In this document: positions 31,176 to 41,102 of the stretch, piece by piece
How the letters are laid out: each line of letters starts with the position of its first letter
Numbering within the stretch: the stretch's first letter is position 1
Assembly (NCBI GenBank): GCA_963674705.1
Contig: OY771506.1
Span: 1,504,001 to 1,568,000, forward strand
DNA from: Phycisphaeraceae bacterium
GTDB taxonomy: Bacteria; Planctomycetota; Phycisphaerae; Phycisphaerales; Phycisphaeraceae
Length of the DNA stretch: 64,000 bases
Direction of reading: 5' to 3'
The notes under the pieces: model-generated
What the model was told of the DNA's origin: nothing
Seen by the model: the letters and a program-made list of their open reading frames with translations, nothing else
The model's database searches: none
Program-made: the position numbers and the translations under genes

Positions 31176-33842
31176 ATGACAACGTCAGCCATCACCCCCG
31201 ATTCCCAGCCCGCCGGCCTGCGCGGTGCTGTCGATTGGATCATCGAGTCTGCCCGGGCGCTGGATAAGTCGCGGCTGAAGATCGATGCAGACAACAAGAT
31301 GCCCGGCGGCGTCTACGTGCTCGATCGCAACCACCTGCTGGCCTATCCCAGAGACAACGGCGACAGCCGATTCCCCTACGGCCAGGGCGGTTTCAACTTC
31401 TGGGTCCACGCCTCGGGCTACATGCACAGCAACGAAGGCCTGTTCTCTCACTTCGTCCGCTCCGCGCACGGTCAGGAACCGAACATCGCGTTTTTCGCAG
31501 GCTTACCCCGTGGTGATTCGTTCCAGCCTGTTCCGTTGCTATCGGTTCCGGTGATGGATGAAGATTCGGATACACCTGTCACGCGCTACACCGTGCTTTC
31601 CTATGCGGCCGCTTACTTCATCACCGAAGTGGACGGCCTGCGTTTTGTCGTTCGTGCGTTTGCCAAACCCAACAATGATCTGTGCTTCACGCTTTACGCG
31701 GAGAACCGTTCACCCAGCGACCGGTCGGTCTATCTTTCCTCGTACTTCAATCCGTTCCTGCGCCACCAGCTATTTCAAAGCGATGAAGACCCGTGGTTCA
31801 AAGAGATTCAGGTAGTCAGCCGGTTCAAGAGTTCGCCGCGTACGCTTGAAAGCTTTATGGTCCGGGTGAACGAGGACCTGGACCGTACACGTTCGTTCTC
31901 GAACTGGGGTATCTTGCGTCGTGCGTTAACGCCCAGCAGTCAATGCACACTGACGCGCAAGGAAGCCACGACCGCGCGCGGGCAATACGTCGGAGGCTCG
32001 CGTCACAGCCTGCATACCGCCAAAGCGCTGAAGGCGGGCACGTTCGGTCGGGGCCAGAACGTCTGCACGTTTGTCGACCAGGCGATCGCCGCCGACATGC
32101 TGCACCTGCACATGCCGGCCATGGAGCATGCTCGGATCGACATCGTGTTCAGCCAGGCCGAAACATCCGCCGACGCCAAACGCCTGGTCGAAGAACCGGT
32201 CGACTGCATCGAAATTGATAAGCAACTGGACAGCCTGATCGCGGACGATGAGCTTCGGCACAGCAGTCTTGAGCTGACGGTCGACAAGGCCGACACGCAG
32301 GTGCTGCGCCAGCCGGTGTTCAACACGTTCCTTGAATGTCTCAAGCGGCAGGTTGAGTTCTGTGCGTTGATCAAAGGCTACATCCAGGTCACGCCTAACT
32401 CGCTGATCGGCGTGCGCGATGTCAGCCAGGCGATCGAAGCGCTCGCCGTCTGGCGGCCCGACGCGGCGCGGGACAAGCTGCTGGAGATGCTCGGTTTCAC
32501 CGCGCCAGACGGACGGTGCTTCCGACAATACTCCTTGCCTGCAAGCGACGGCTCGGCCGGGCAGATGGACCTGCGCCCCTTCATCGATCAAGGCTCGTGG
32601 GTGATCTCCTGCCTCGTCAGCTACATCAAGTTCACCGGCGACTACAACATCCTCAACGAACAGGTCGGCTATCACGAGATCATCGACGAGCCCGCCGGCG
32701 TCGTGGAAAAATCCAACAAGCAGGACAGTGTGCTCATGCACATGTTCAAGATCATGCAGTACCTGCTGGACCATCGCGACCACAGCCACACCGGCTGCGT
32801 CCGTGCGCTCTACGGCGACTGGAACGACGCGATGGACGGCTTAGGCATCAGCCTCGATCCGTCGCAAAAGTTCGGCACAGGCGTCAGCGTCATGGCGACG
32901 CTGCATGTCTTGCAGAATTGTACGGAGATGATCGACCTGCTTGCCGCTCTGGATGACCAGCGATACGACAAGTATGTCACGGCATACAACGATGCCTCGC
33001 AAAACCTGCGTCAAGGGCTCAATGAATACGCCGTCGAACGCAACGACAAGGGACACACACGCATCCTCCACGGCTGGGGCGATCGCCGCTCCTATCTCGT
33101 CGGCGGATTCAAAGACCCCGACGGCGTACCACGCGATGGGCTGACCTCCAACGCCTTCTGGGTGCTCTCGGGCATGCTCGAAGAAAAGTCGCCGCTACGC
33201 AGCATCATCCTCGATGCTTTCGATCGGCTGGACAGTAAATACGGTTTGAAAACCTTCGCGCCCGCTTTCCCGCCAAACACGCGCGGCGTCGGACGCATCG
33301 GCAAGCTGCCGCCCGGCACCGCCGAGAACGGCGCCTGCTACATCCACGCGACCGCATTTGCGATCATGGCCCTGTTCCAGATGGGCCAGTCCAAACGCGC
33401 GTGGGAACAGCTCTACAAGATACTGCCCTTTACCGATATCCATGAAAACCTGTCGCACTCGCCTTTCGTCATGCCCAACTCCTACGGGCACAACCCCGGC
33501 AAGTCGATCGACGGCCAGAACATGAACGACTGGCAGACCGGCAGCTCCAACGTCGTGCTCAAGACGCTCATCCGTTTCGTCTTCGGCATCGAACCCGCCT
33601 TCGACGGATTGTGGATACAACCCGCTGCCAACGCGCCGTTCGAGCACTTCCACGCAAAGGCGACCGTCCAGAAGTGTCAGATCGACCTGACCTGCAAGAC
33701 TACAATCGCACGCGGCCGAAAGTTCACCGTCAACGGCCAGGCCGTCGATGGCGTGTTCGACCCAAAGATGCAGATCGACCGCCTGTGGATCCCCTCTGAA
33801 CAACTACGCGAAAAACGCCTGGATATCAGTATCAGTGATTAA
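31176..33842 (+). CDS. GH94 glycoside phosphorylase (cellobiose phosphorylase-like)
   Basis: GVRDVSQ, YGDWNDAMD (catalytic Asp motif), PPGTAENGACYIHA, WQTGS. Confidence 0.85.
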   Translation: MTTSAITPDSQPAGLRGAVDWIIESARALDKSRLKIDADNKMPGGVYVLDRNHLLAYPRDNGDSRFPYGQGGFNFWVHASGYMHSNEGLFSHFVRSAHGQEPNIAFFAGLPRGDSFQPVPLLSVPVMDEDSDTPVTRYTVLSYAAAYFITEVDGLRFVVRAFAKPNNDLCFTLYAENRSPSDRSVYLSSYFNPFLRHQLFQSDEDPWFKEIQVVSRFKSSPRTLESFMVRVNEDLDRTRSFSNWGILRRALTPSSQCTLTRKEATTARGQYVGGSRHSLHTAKALKAGTFGRGQNVCTFVDQAIAADMLHLHMPAMEHARIDIVFSQAETSADAKRLVEEPVDCIEIDKQLDSLIADDELRHSSLELTVDKADTQVLRQPVFNTFLECLKRQVEFCALIKGYIQVTPNSLIGVRDVSQAIEALAVWRPDAARDKLLEMLGFTAPDGRCFRQYSLPASDGSAGQMDLRPFIDQGSWVISCLVSYIKFTGDYNILNEQVGYHEIIDEPAGVVEKSNKQDSVLMHMFKIMQYLLDHRDHSHTGCVRALYGDWNDAMDGLGISLDPSQKFGTGVSVMATLHVLQNCTEMIDLLAALDDQRYDKYVTAYNDASQNLRQGLNEYAVERNDKGHTRILHGWGDRRSYLVGGFKDPDGVPRDGLTSNAFWVLSGMLEEKSPLRSIILDAFDRLDSKYGLKTFAPAFPPNTRGVGRIGKLPPGTAENGACYIHATAFAIMALFQMGQSKRAWEQLYKILPFTDIHENLSHSPFVMPNSYGHNPGKSIDGQNMNDWQTGSSNVVLKTLIRFVFGIEPAFDGLWIQPAANAPFEHFHAKATVQKCQIDLTCKTTIARGRKFTVNGQAVDGVFDPKMQIDRLWIPSEQLREKRLDISISD

Positions 33843-33940
33843 GCGATCTTGGTAGTATGCACTGCGCTCGACGCGGGTCTGCCGACCTCGTCGATCTTAG
33901 ACATGCCAACCGCTTTCTATCAATACGTGGGATTCCAAGC

Positions 33941-34453
33941 GTGAATAAAGACATCGTCATTCGACCCGAAATCGAAGCTGATAGGGATGCAATCACGCAA
34001 GTCACCCAGGAAGCATTCCGCACACTTAAAGTCAGTAATCAAACGGAACACTTCATCATCAATGCGTTGCGTGATGCCGGCGTGCTGACGGTATCGCTGG
34101 TCGCGGAAGCGGACGGGCAAGTGGTGGGACACATTGCCTTCTCCCCGGTTGTTATGTCTGATTGTTCGCAGAACTGGTACGGACTCGGCCCGGTCTCCGT
34201 CTTGCCCGAACACCAACGCCAAGGCATCGGCAGCAGCTTGATCGAGCAAGGCCTGTCACAACTCAAAGCGCTTGGCGCCCACGGCTGCTGTGTGGTGGGT
34301 CATCCGGAGTATTACCCGCGATTCGGCTTCAAGAACACGAACAACCTCACGCTTGAAGGCGTCCCGCCGGAGGTCTTCTTCGTGCTGACGTTCGATTCAG
34401 ATGTGCCAAAAGGTACGGTCCAATTCCACCAGGCGTTTATGGCGCAGGATTAA
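33941..34453 (+). CDS. GNAT N-acetyltransferase (YhbS-like)
   Basis: VVGHIAFSP, LGPVSVLPEHQRQGIGSSLI, VVGHPEYYPRFGF; GTG start 33941. Confidence 0.9.
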   Translation: MNKDIVIRPEIEADRDAITQVTQEAFRTLKVSNQTEHFIINALRDAGVLTVSLVAEADGQVVGHIAFSPVVMSDCSQNWYGLGPVSVLPEHQRQGIGSSLIEQGLSQLKALGAHGCCVVGHPEYYPRFGFKNTNNLTLEGVPPEVFFVLTFDSDVPKGTVQFHQAFMAQD

Positions 34454-34471
34454 TGCGAAGATAGTACGCGC

Positions 34472-34518
34472 TCGGCGCGGGTCTCACGACCCTGCCGAAC
34501 TTGCGACCGAAGGTCTCC
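34472..34518. repeat. Intergenic palindromic REP-like element
   Basis: tcggc gcggg tc tcac ga ccct gccga hairpin followed by gaccgaaggtctcc; resembles planctomycete intergenic repeats (recall). Confidence 0.4.
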
Positions 34519-34549
34519 TGTAGCACACTCAATACATCTGCAGCGATTG

Positions 34550-34634
34550 ATGGGTGCCACACTTTGACTCCGCAGGAGCAAAGTGTGCGAAGGACCAGCA
34601 CACCTTGTTGCTTCACAATCAAGATGTGGCACCC
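34550..34634. repeat. ~85-bp REPIN/MITE-like element, copy 2
   Basis: Perfect 10-bp terminal IR GGGTGCCACA/TGTGGCACCC; same internal hairpin and accttgt..atcaagatgtg core as copy 1. Confidence 0.75.
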
Positions 34635-34657
34635 GATACACAGAAAGGTAAGCTGCG

Positions 34658-37600
34658 CTACTGTTCCGTCCCCAGCGCCCGCAGGAAGCTTTCTGATGCT
34701 TCGCGCCAGTTGCCTTCGTGCTGCTGGATCAGGCCCATCAGGTGATGTGCTTCGCGCAGGTCCGGGTCGGTTGCGAGCAATTGTTCAACAATCGTCTTCG
34801 CTTCCTGCCAGCGCTGCAGCTTGATGCTGGCCCGCGCCCGCAGGATCGAGGCGGTCTGTTCATTGACGATGTCGCTTGGCACACGGTCAAGCATGTCGAT
34901 CGCTTCACCCGCTCGATCCGTAGTGATCAACAGGCCTATCAGTTCTTCATGGAACGCACTTCTTTGCGGATACAGCTCGATCGCTTCGGATAAAGCCTGC
35001 TCTGCACGTTTGGGTTTGCCTTCCTCGATTAACTGTCGCGCGACGCGCAGGTACTGATCCGAATCAATATCCGTATGCTGGCCCACGACGCCCGGCTCTA
35101 ACGGCTGAATAACCGACGCCATCGCCTCGTCCTGGTTGGCTAGATCAATGTACGCTTCCAGTTTCATCGCAAGCGACTGAGGCGCCCCGTCGATGCGCGC
35201 CATCTCCTTGCCGTCCGATTGGATGATCTGCACGATCGGCCGGGCCTTGATCTGCGATATGTTGACCATCGACTGCTCTTCTTGCACGACATGCCACGAC
35301 GGATCGCACGCCTCATGGATCGCGTCCGCACGTTCAACAGCTTTCTCACCACTGACAATCAGTACGACCTGAAGATTCTGACGTCGCGGGATCGCCTTGC
35401 GCACCGCTTCAACCGTGTCGATGTCATCGCCCGGATCCGCCCGCATGAACAATAACAGCGTCAGCCGCTCCGCGTCCGGCACCGCCACCTCATCGCCAAG
35501 CGAATCCGTTGCATGCCAACGCACCTCAAGCTTACTTGCAGCGCTAAGCCGAATCCGCCGCATCGCTTCACCCGCTTCGCGCTGCTTCACATACGCGACC
35601 GGCGAAACACGGTCGTAAGAAAACGGCAGGTGACAACCCGTCACGCACCGACCGCCCGTATCAGTCAGCGTCAGATCGAGCGGAGCCTCCCACTTCTGAT
35701 AAGGCACCGCGGTACGCACCAGCTTTTCGTTCTCGCCCGTGTGCGTTTCATGGCAGATGTTGCAACTGCGCCCCACGCCGCTGCTGACATGCAGGTAATG
35801 CAGGTTCAGTTCGCCGTTGCGGAACTGTGTCGGCGAATCTTCCCCGATGGATACATTGGCATCCGTCGCCAAGGCCTTCTCGTGACACTGGAAACACAGC
35901 TCAAACGAATCAAGATCAAAAGGCGCGTAAAGCCCGACCGGGAAGCTGCCAGTCAGCAGCAGCGGCCTCTCGCCGCCGTGCGGATTGTGGCAGCCGCTGC
36001 ATTCGCCCTCGTTGATCTGTCCGTGTTTGAATAGATCAGCGGACAATACATCGTCCATCGCGCCGATCACCCGGCCGTCCGCCGTCTCGACCGCTTCCCT
36101 ATGACATGTCACGCAGACTCTTGCAGGCAAATCACGCATCAGCGATGCCAGGTCGCCGCCGTGCGGCGTGTGGCATGTCATGCATGACGAGCCCTCGGTT
36201 GTCGGGCTGTGTGCAAATGCTTCCGAGACAAGTTGATCGTTCAATGATTCATGGCAATCGAGGCACAATGCCGGCACCGGCGCCGTTAACGACAGCGGGA
36301 ACATCGAGCCATGCGCATCGTGACAACGTATGCACCGTTCGTCCATCGCCTTGTGCACGAACTTGACCTGCCCCAACTGCTGGCCAAATTCATCGTGACA
36401 CGTGATGCAAAGATCGGGCCCGTACGCATCCAGCAGCTTCGGGTAACGCGAAGCATGAGGCGAATGGCACGACACACAATAGCCGTCATTCACCGGCGTA
36501 TGCAAAAACGCCTGCTGCATCGTCACCGATTCATGACAACGGTTGCATAGCGATTCGATTGATACATCGCGCGTGATGGATTGATCCCGCCCGCCATGCG
36601 GATTATGACAACCAAGACATTCGCCGTTGCGTGTTGGTGCATGCACGACCGGCATCGCGTCGACATCAAACTCGTGGCAATACGTGCACAGCGCCGCTCC
36701 TTCGCGCGCGACCTTGAATTGATGTTTCTCTTCGTTTGCCAGTTCATGGCAGATCCCGCACGCATCGATCGCGACCGGGCCGTGTACCACGTCGTATGAC
36801 TTGATCGCGACGTGGCATTCAGAGGTGACACAACTTTCGCTGATCGTCGTCGGACGATCGATCGTCTTCATCTTCACGCGATCCGGAGCATCAGGCATCG
36901 GCGTCGGTGCATGGATGATGCTCTGGCTGATGCCGGTTTCTTCGGCTCGCCCCACCCGGGGCGCGACACCGATCACGCTCGATAGCGTCTGCCGCCGCAC
37001 GCCGGGGAACGCCGTCGCGATCTGCTCGCCGGGCCGTTTGTCCGGATACGCCGCAACCTCAGGCGACTTATGACACGAGGCATCGCCACACGTCGGCGTC
37101 GCGGTGAACTGCACGCTGCCGTGACACTCACGGCAGAGTAGCTCGTTGTGATTTTCATCGAGCAACTGTCCGGTCATGCGGTGTTCAAACAGCGGCGGCG
37201 GGTTGTCCGCTTCCTTATGATGACAGTGGTCGCAACTCTGATGATCGTGACACGCCAGGCAAGGCTCGTGGCTCATCCGCCAGGAGTCGCTCGGTTTCAA
37301 GGGCTTATGGCTGTTGATGTCGCCGTTTTCACTATGACACGTGGCGCAACTGTCGTTGCGATGGCATTCGGCGCACTTGAAACCAAACGTCTTTACGTGT
37401 TCATCATGGCGGAACGTCACGTACTTCCCGGCGTCCGGTACGTAACGCGATTCGTAAACCACCTCTTCCGGCGTATCGGCCGGCGGGTGCATCCGACCAA
37501 GCACCTCCGCGGGCGTCGGCATCTCCGTCGCAGGCGCTTCGCCTACCGATTTGGGTTGATGGCAAACCGAACAGCTCTTTTCCCGATCCCAATCCCGGTG

Positions 37601-38032
37601 ACAATCAAGACACTGCCTGTGATACGCAGCGTTCAGCGAAGGCATTCGGATATTGCCATCTACTTCCTCAATACTGTGGCACGACTTGCACGCGGGTATC
37701 TCCGCCGCCTCGTCTTGGGTGTGCGGTTTCAATCCGCCGCTGACGATGTCGGATAAATGTGCGTTGCCGTTGGGCGTGTGATGGTGGCAGACTTCGCAGC
37801 CCTTACCCATCTCCGCCATTTCGGCGTGCATACGGTGCTCGAACGGCACGGGCGTGTACAGGTCCTCCAACTCATCAAGGATCACCACGTCGGGCACATT
37901 TTCAAGTTTGGGCGTCGATTCCTGGCCATGCACGAATGACCAGCCGCCGACCCACGCGATAACAAGCCCGGCAAACAGCCAGGCACCAAGCCTGATTCGT
38001 CCGCGATCTTTACACATCTGACCTAGCCTCAA
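34658..38032 (-). CDS. Large multiheme cytochrome c (~25 heme sites) with C-terminal thioredoxin-like and TPR regions
   Basis: 22 CxxCH, 2 CxxxxCH and 1 CxxxCH counted by hand; N-terminal c3-like block (FEHRMH..CEVCH); repeated CxxCHxPH units; N-terminal signal/TM. Confidence 0.9.
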   Translation of the reverse strand: MRLGQMCKDRGRIRLGAWLFAGLVIAWVGGWSFVHGQESTPKLENVPDVVILDELEDLYTPVPFEHRMHAEMAEMGKGCEVCHHHTPNGNAHLSDIVSGGLKPHTQDEAAEIPACKSCHSIEEVDGNIRMPSLNAAYHRQCLDCHRDWDREKSCSVCHQPKSVGEAPATEMPTPAEVLGRMHPPADTPEEVVYESRYVPDAGKYVTFRHDEHVKTFGFKCAECHRNDSCATCHSENGDINSHKPLKPSDSWRMSHEPCLACHDHQSCDHCHHKEADNPPPLFEHRMTGQLLDENHNELLCRECHGSVQFTATPTCGDASCHKSPEVAAYPDKRPGEQIATAFPGVRRQTLSSVIGVAPRVGRAEETGISQSIIHAPTPMPDAPDRVKMKTIDRPTTISESCVTSECHVAIKSYDVVHGPVAIDACGICHELANEEKHQFKVAREGAALCTYCHEFDVDAMPVVHAPTRNGECLGCHNPHGGRDQSITRDVSIESLCNRCHESVTMQQAFLHTPVNDGYCVSCHSPHASRYPKLLDAYGPDLCITCHDEFGQQLGQVKFVHKAMDERCIRCHDAHGSMFPLSLTAPVPALCLDCHESLNDQLVSEAFAHSPTTEGSSCMTCHTPHGGDLASLMRDLPARVCVTCHREAVETADGRVIGAMDDVLSADLFKHGQINEGECSGCHNPHGGERPLLLTGSFPVGLYAPFDLDSFELCFQCHEKALATDANVSIGEDSPTQFRNGELNLHYLHVSSGVGRSCNICHETHTGENEKLVRTAVPYQKWEAPLDLTLTDTGGRCVTGCHLPFSYDRVSPVAYVKQREAGEAMRRIRLSAASKLEVRWHATDSLGDEVAVPDAERLTLLLFMRADPGDDIDTVEAVRKAIPRRQNLQVVLIVSGEKAVERADAIHEACDPSWHVVQEEQSMVNISQIKARPIVQIIQSDGKEMARIDGAPQSLAMKLEAYIDLANQDEAMASVIQPLEPGVVGQHTDIDSDQYLRVARQLIEEGKPKRAEQALSEAIELYPQRSAFHEELIGLLITTDRAGEAIDMLDRVPSDIVNEQTASILRARASIKLQRWQEAKTIVEQLLATDPDLREAHHLMGLIQQHEGNWREASESFLRALGTEQ

Positions 38033-40286
38033 TCCGCGCCGGTTGGCTGATCACCGGCAAGTAAAGCACACACGCCCGGTACACCAGCACCAGCATCGCG
38101 ATCAGGCCAACCGTCACCGCGATCTCCGTGAACGATGGCACGTACGCGCCTTGGGCGTCCGGCGGGGTGTAGCCGATCAGGAATACATTGATCCGGTTCA
38201 GCGCCACGCCCAGAACCACCAGCGCCGCCGCGATGAACAACATCATTGGCGACCGCCGCACCTTCACTGTTAACAACATCAACATTGGCAGCACCACGCC
38301 TAATCCGACTTCAACCAGCCACGCAAAGCTTTCCAAAGAGCCGTCGCCGAGATACACCCACGTGCCGCGTACGACCATGTCGCCGATCTTGAACGCTAAA
38401 TACAACCCCAGGAACGCCGGCACATACCGTGCTAACGGCTCCAGCACGTCAAGCTCAGGCTTGAATTTGAATGAACGCGACGCCAGCAGCGACTCGAAGA
38501 TGATCATCGGGAAACCCACCGCGATCGCTGACATCAGGAACAATAGCGGGGAGATCGGCGTCCACCAGAGCGGATGCAGCTTCGTCGGCGCGATCACCAT
38601 CAGGTTGCCCAGCGATGACTGGTGCAGGCATGACAACACGCAACCCGCGATGATCAAAAGGAACATCACCTTCTCAAGACGCACCCGAACCCAGCCCGCC
38701 AGCCTTGCCAGCCGTGGACGATTCTCCATCGTCTCCACGCGCTCGCACACGATCGGCGCGAACTCGAGGTACAACACGTTCAGGTAACACATCACACAGA
38801 TGCCCACCTCGAACAAGACGCTGTTGCCCTGCCACATGAACATCGGGTGCCAGACGTTGTAGTATCGGCCGAGGTCCGCCTGCAGTCCGATTACGACGAA
38901 CGTGTAGCCCAGCATTGCGGTCAGTAGCGCCGGCCGAACGATCGCGTGATAGTGTTCACGATTGAATACGTGTGCCAATGCGCCGGATGTAAAACCGCCG
39001 GCCGCAAGTGCGACGCCCGTCGCCACATCCACCGCGATCCACAAACCCCACGGGTATGAATGATCCAGGTTCGTCGCAGCCTGTAGCCCGTAGATAAACC
39101 GGTACAACATCCCTGCCGCGCCGACTAATGCAATCGCTACCAGCACCCAAACACCCGGGGTAAAAAACGGTTGTGCTACAGGCTCAGGCTTGTGATGCTC
39201 CGCGTGAGCTTCTTCGGTCGCAATCACCGGCGGTTCATCTGCTGCCGATTCGATTGCTTCGTCTTCAATCACTCGGTCGATAAGCCGCTCGCCCGTCGGC
39301 CGATCCAATACTCGATCAGCCGGCTCGTGCACTTTGGTGCGTGTTGATTCTCGCGCCATTCGACCGCGCTCTAGCGCCTCGATCTCTTCAGTAATCGCGC
39401 TGTCCGCTTTGCGACGCGTGGTAAACATCACCAGGCCGAGTAGACCGTACAACGCCAGCGGCGGCAGACCATACTTGAACACGCCGTGTTGGATGCTTTC
39501 CGTAAGCTCCGGCGGCGCTTCATTACTTAACGTCTTGAAGCCGACTTCCTCGAACGGTACGGGCGATAAGTACATCCACGATGTCCCGCCGACCTCGTGT
39601 TCGCCATAGACATGATTCACGTACTTGTCCGGATGTTTTGCGATCCGTTCGTGTGCCAGTTCAAGCAACTCGCCGCGCGTCCCGCACACCATCGCCTCGC
39701 GCGGGCATGCAGCTACACACGCGGGTGTCCCGTTGCCATCCTTATGCTGGTTGCACAACGTGCACTTACGCACCTCCGGCGTATACGCATCGTCGTAATC
39801 ATAGGATGGCACCTGGAACGGACACGCCACCATGCAATATCGACAGCCGATGCACTTCCACGCATCGTACGTCACCGCACCGTTTTCCTGTTTGGTCAAA
39901 GCGCCCACGATGCACGCCGACACGCACGCCGGATGATTGCAGTGCATGCAGTTCGACTTGGCATATACCGGTAGCGGATAATCCGCCGGTTTGTATTCGT
40001 TGATTACCGTAAAACGATCGGGCTCAAGCCCACGTTTATCTTTGAATACCGAAGTATCATCGTACGATTCCAACGGCCCGGTCTCGATGCCGTTGGATTC
40101 ACGACAAGCATACTCGCACAACCGACAACCGATGCACATGCCAAGGTCGACCAGCACTGCTTTGCTTTGCGAATAGTCTTTGTGCTCCGCGCTGCTTGCC
40201 TTGGCTGCACACGTACTGCACAACCCCGCGCCCGCCGCCGCGACACCCGTCATCTGCCGAATAAACTGCCGCCTGTCCGTACGCAT
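38010..40286 (-). CDS. Fused HybA/HmcB-like 4x[4Fe-4S] subunit + HybB/HmcC-like NrfD-family membrane subunit
   Basis: Tat signal DRRQFI; CIGCRLCEYAC, CMHCNHPACVSAC, CIGCRYCMVACP, KCTLC..PACVAACP; YGEHEVGGTSW; then YPWGLWIAVDV, DLGRYYN, LHQSSLG, RINV. Confidence 0.9.
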   Translation of the reverse strand: MRTDRRQFIRQMTGVAAAGAGLCSTCAAKASSAEHKDYSQSKAVLVDLGMCIGCRLCEYACRESNGIETGPLESYDDTSVFKDKRGLEPDRFTVINEYKPADYPLPVYAKSNCMHCNHPACVSACIVGALTKQENGAVTYDAWKCIGCRYCMVACPFQVPSYDYDDAYTPEVRKCTLCNQHKDGNGTPACVAACPREAMVCGTRGELLELAHERIAKHPDKYVNHVYGEHEVGGTSWMYLSPVPFEEVGFKTLSNEAPPELTESIQHGVFKYGLPPLALYGLLGLVMFTTRRKADSAITEEIEALERGRMARESTRTKVHEPADRVLDRPTGERLIDRVIEDEAIESAADEPPVIATEEAHAEHHKPEPVAQPFFTPGVWVLVAIALVGAAGMLYRFIYGLQAATNLDHSYPWGLWIAVDVATGVALAAGGFTSGALAHVFNREHYHAIVRPALLTAMLGYTFVVIGLQADLGRYYNVWHPMFMWQGNSVLFEVGICVMCYLNVLYLEFAPIVCERVETMENRPRLARLAGWVRVRLEKVMFLLIIAGCVLSCLHQSSLGNLMVIAPTKLHPLWWTPISPLLFLMSAIAVGFPMIIFESLLASRSFKFKPELDVLEPLARYVPAFLGLYLAFKIGDMVVRGTWVYLGDGSLESFAWLVEVGLGVVLPMLMLLTVKVRRSPMMLFIAAALVVLGVALNRINVFLIGYTPPDAQGAYVPSFTEIAVTVGLIAMLVLVYRACVLYLPVISQPARIEARSDV

Positions 40287-41102
40287 GACTCGCTAACACC
40301 TCAACAAGAAACAGAGGTTTACATGGATCCGCCACAGGTACATGATACAAGTTTATCTTTATATTGCTCGGCTTTGTAATTGACTTTGATGCAAAATGTT
40401 GAAGTGTTTTTCGATCAGCTTCTATACCGCACCAAATGATTGCGGAATACTTACGCGGTAACGCTTGGCGCTGTGTGCGTAGATATAAAAAGCAACAATA
40501 GATAACAACGCATTCTCAAATTTGAGATTTATAAAAAGTTGAACCATTGATTACTGCGCCGACCCAACATGGTGGTTGAATCGTCGCGCGTGCATGATTG
40601 ATTGAATGAGTTTTGTTTCGTCTTCGGGTTTCAAGTAACCAAGTTGAAGTGCAAGCGCGCTTCCCGGCTCTCGACTCGCGCGCGCTCATCGATCCGCAAG
40701 CGATGATGGCGCGATTTGCGAGAAGCAATAAACAATAAAAAAATAATTAAAATATTTGGGCCCCCCGGCTAGACCAGATCCCACTCACTGGCAAATCCCG
40801 ACCTTGCCGACACCCACTTATCCACCACACATGGTGCGCACGGTCCTGTCCGGATTTGTACGTGTGCGCATGAACGCGGTTTATTTGCCCCGCTCAGGCA
40901 TGCCAATGCGCACAATGCCGGTTAAATGCGAATAACGCCGAAAAGGCATCGACCGATCCTGCCAATCCGCCGATCTGTCCGTGTCGCGCCGGCTCCGCGC
41001 GGGGCATTCAATATGATGGATGATGAACTGCATGTGCGAGTCGCTTACACTGGGCCGACATATACCACGCATCCGGGTTGGCCGGAAGATAGGAGATGTT
41101 TC

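Noticed and set aside
40380..40396. FNR box upstream of the hybAB-like gene
   Set aside because: ttgactttgatgcaa deviates too far from TTGAT-N4-ATCAA.
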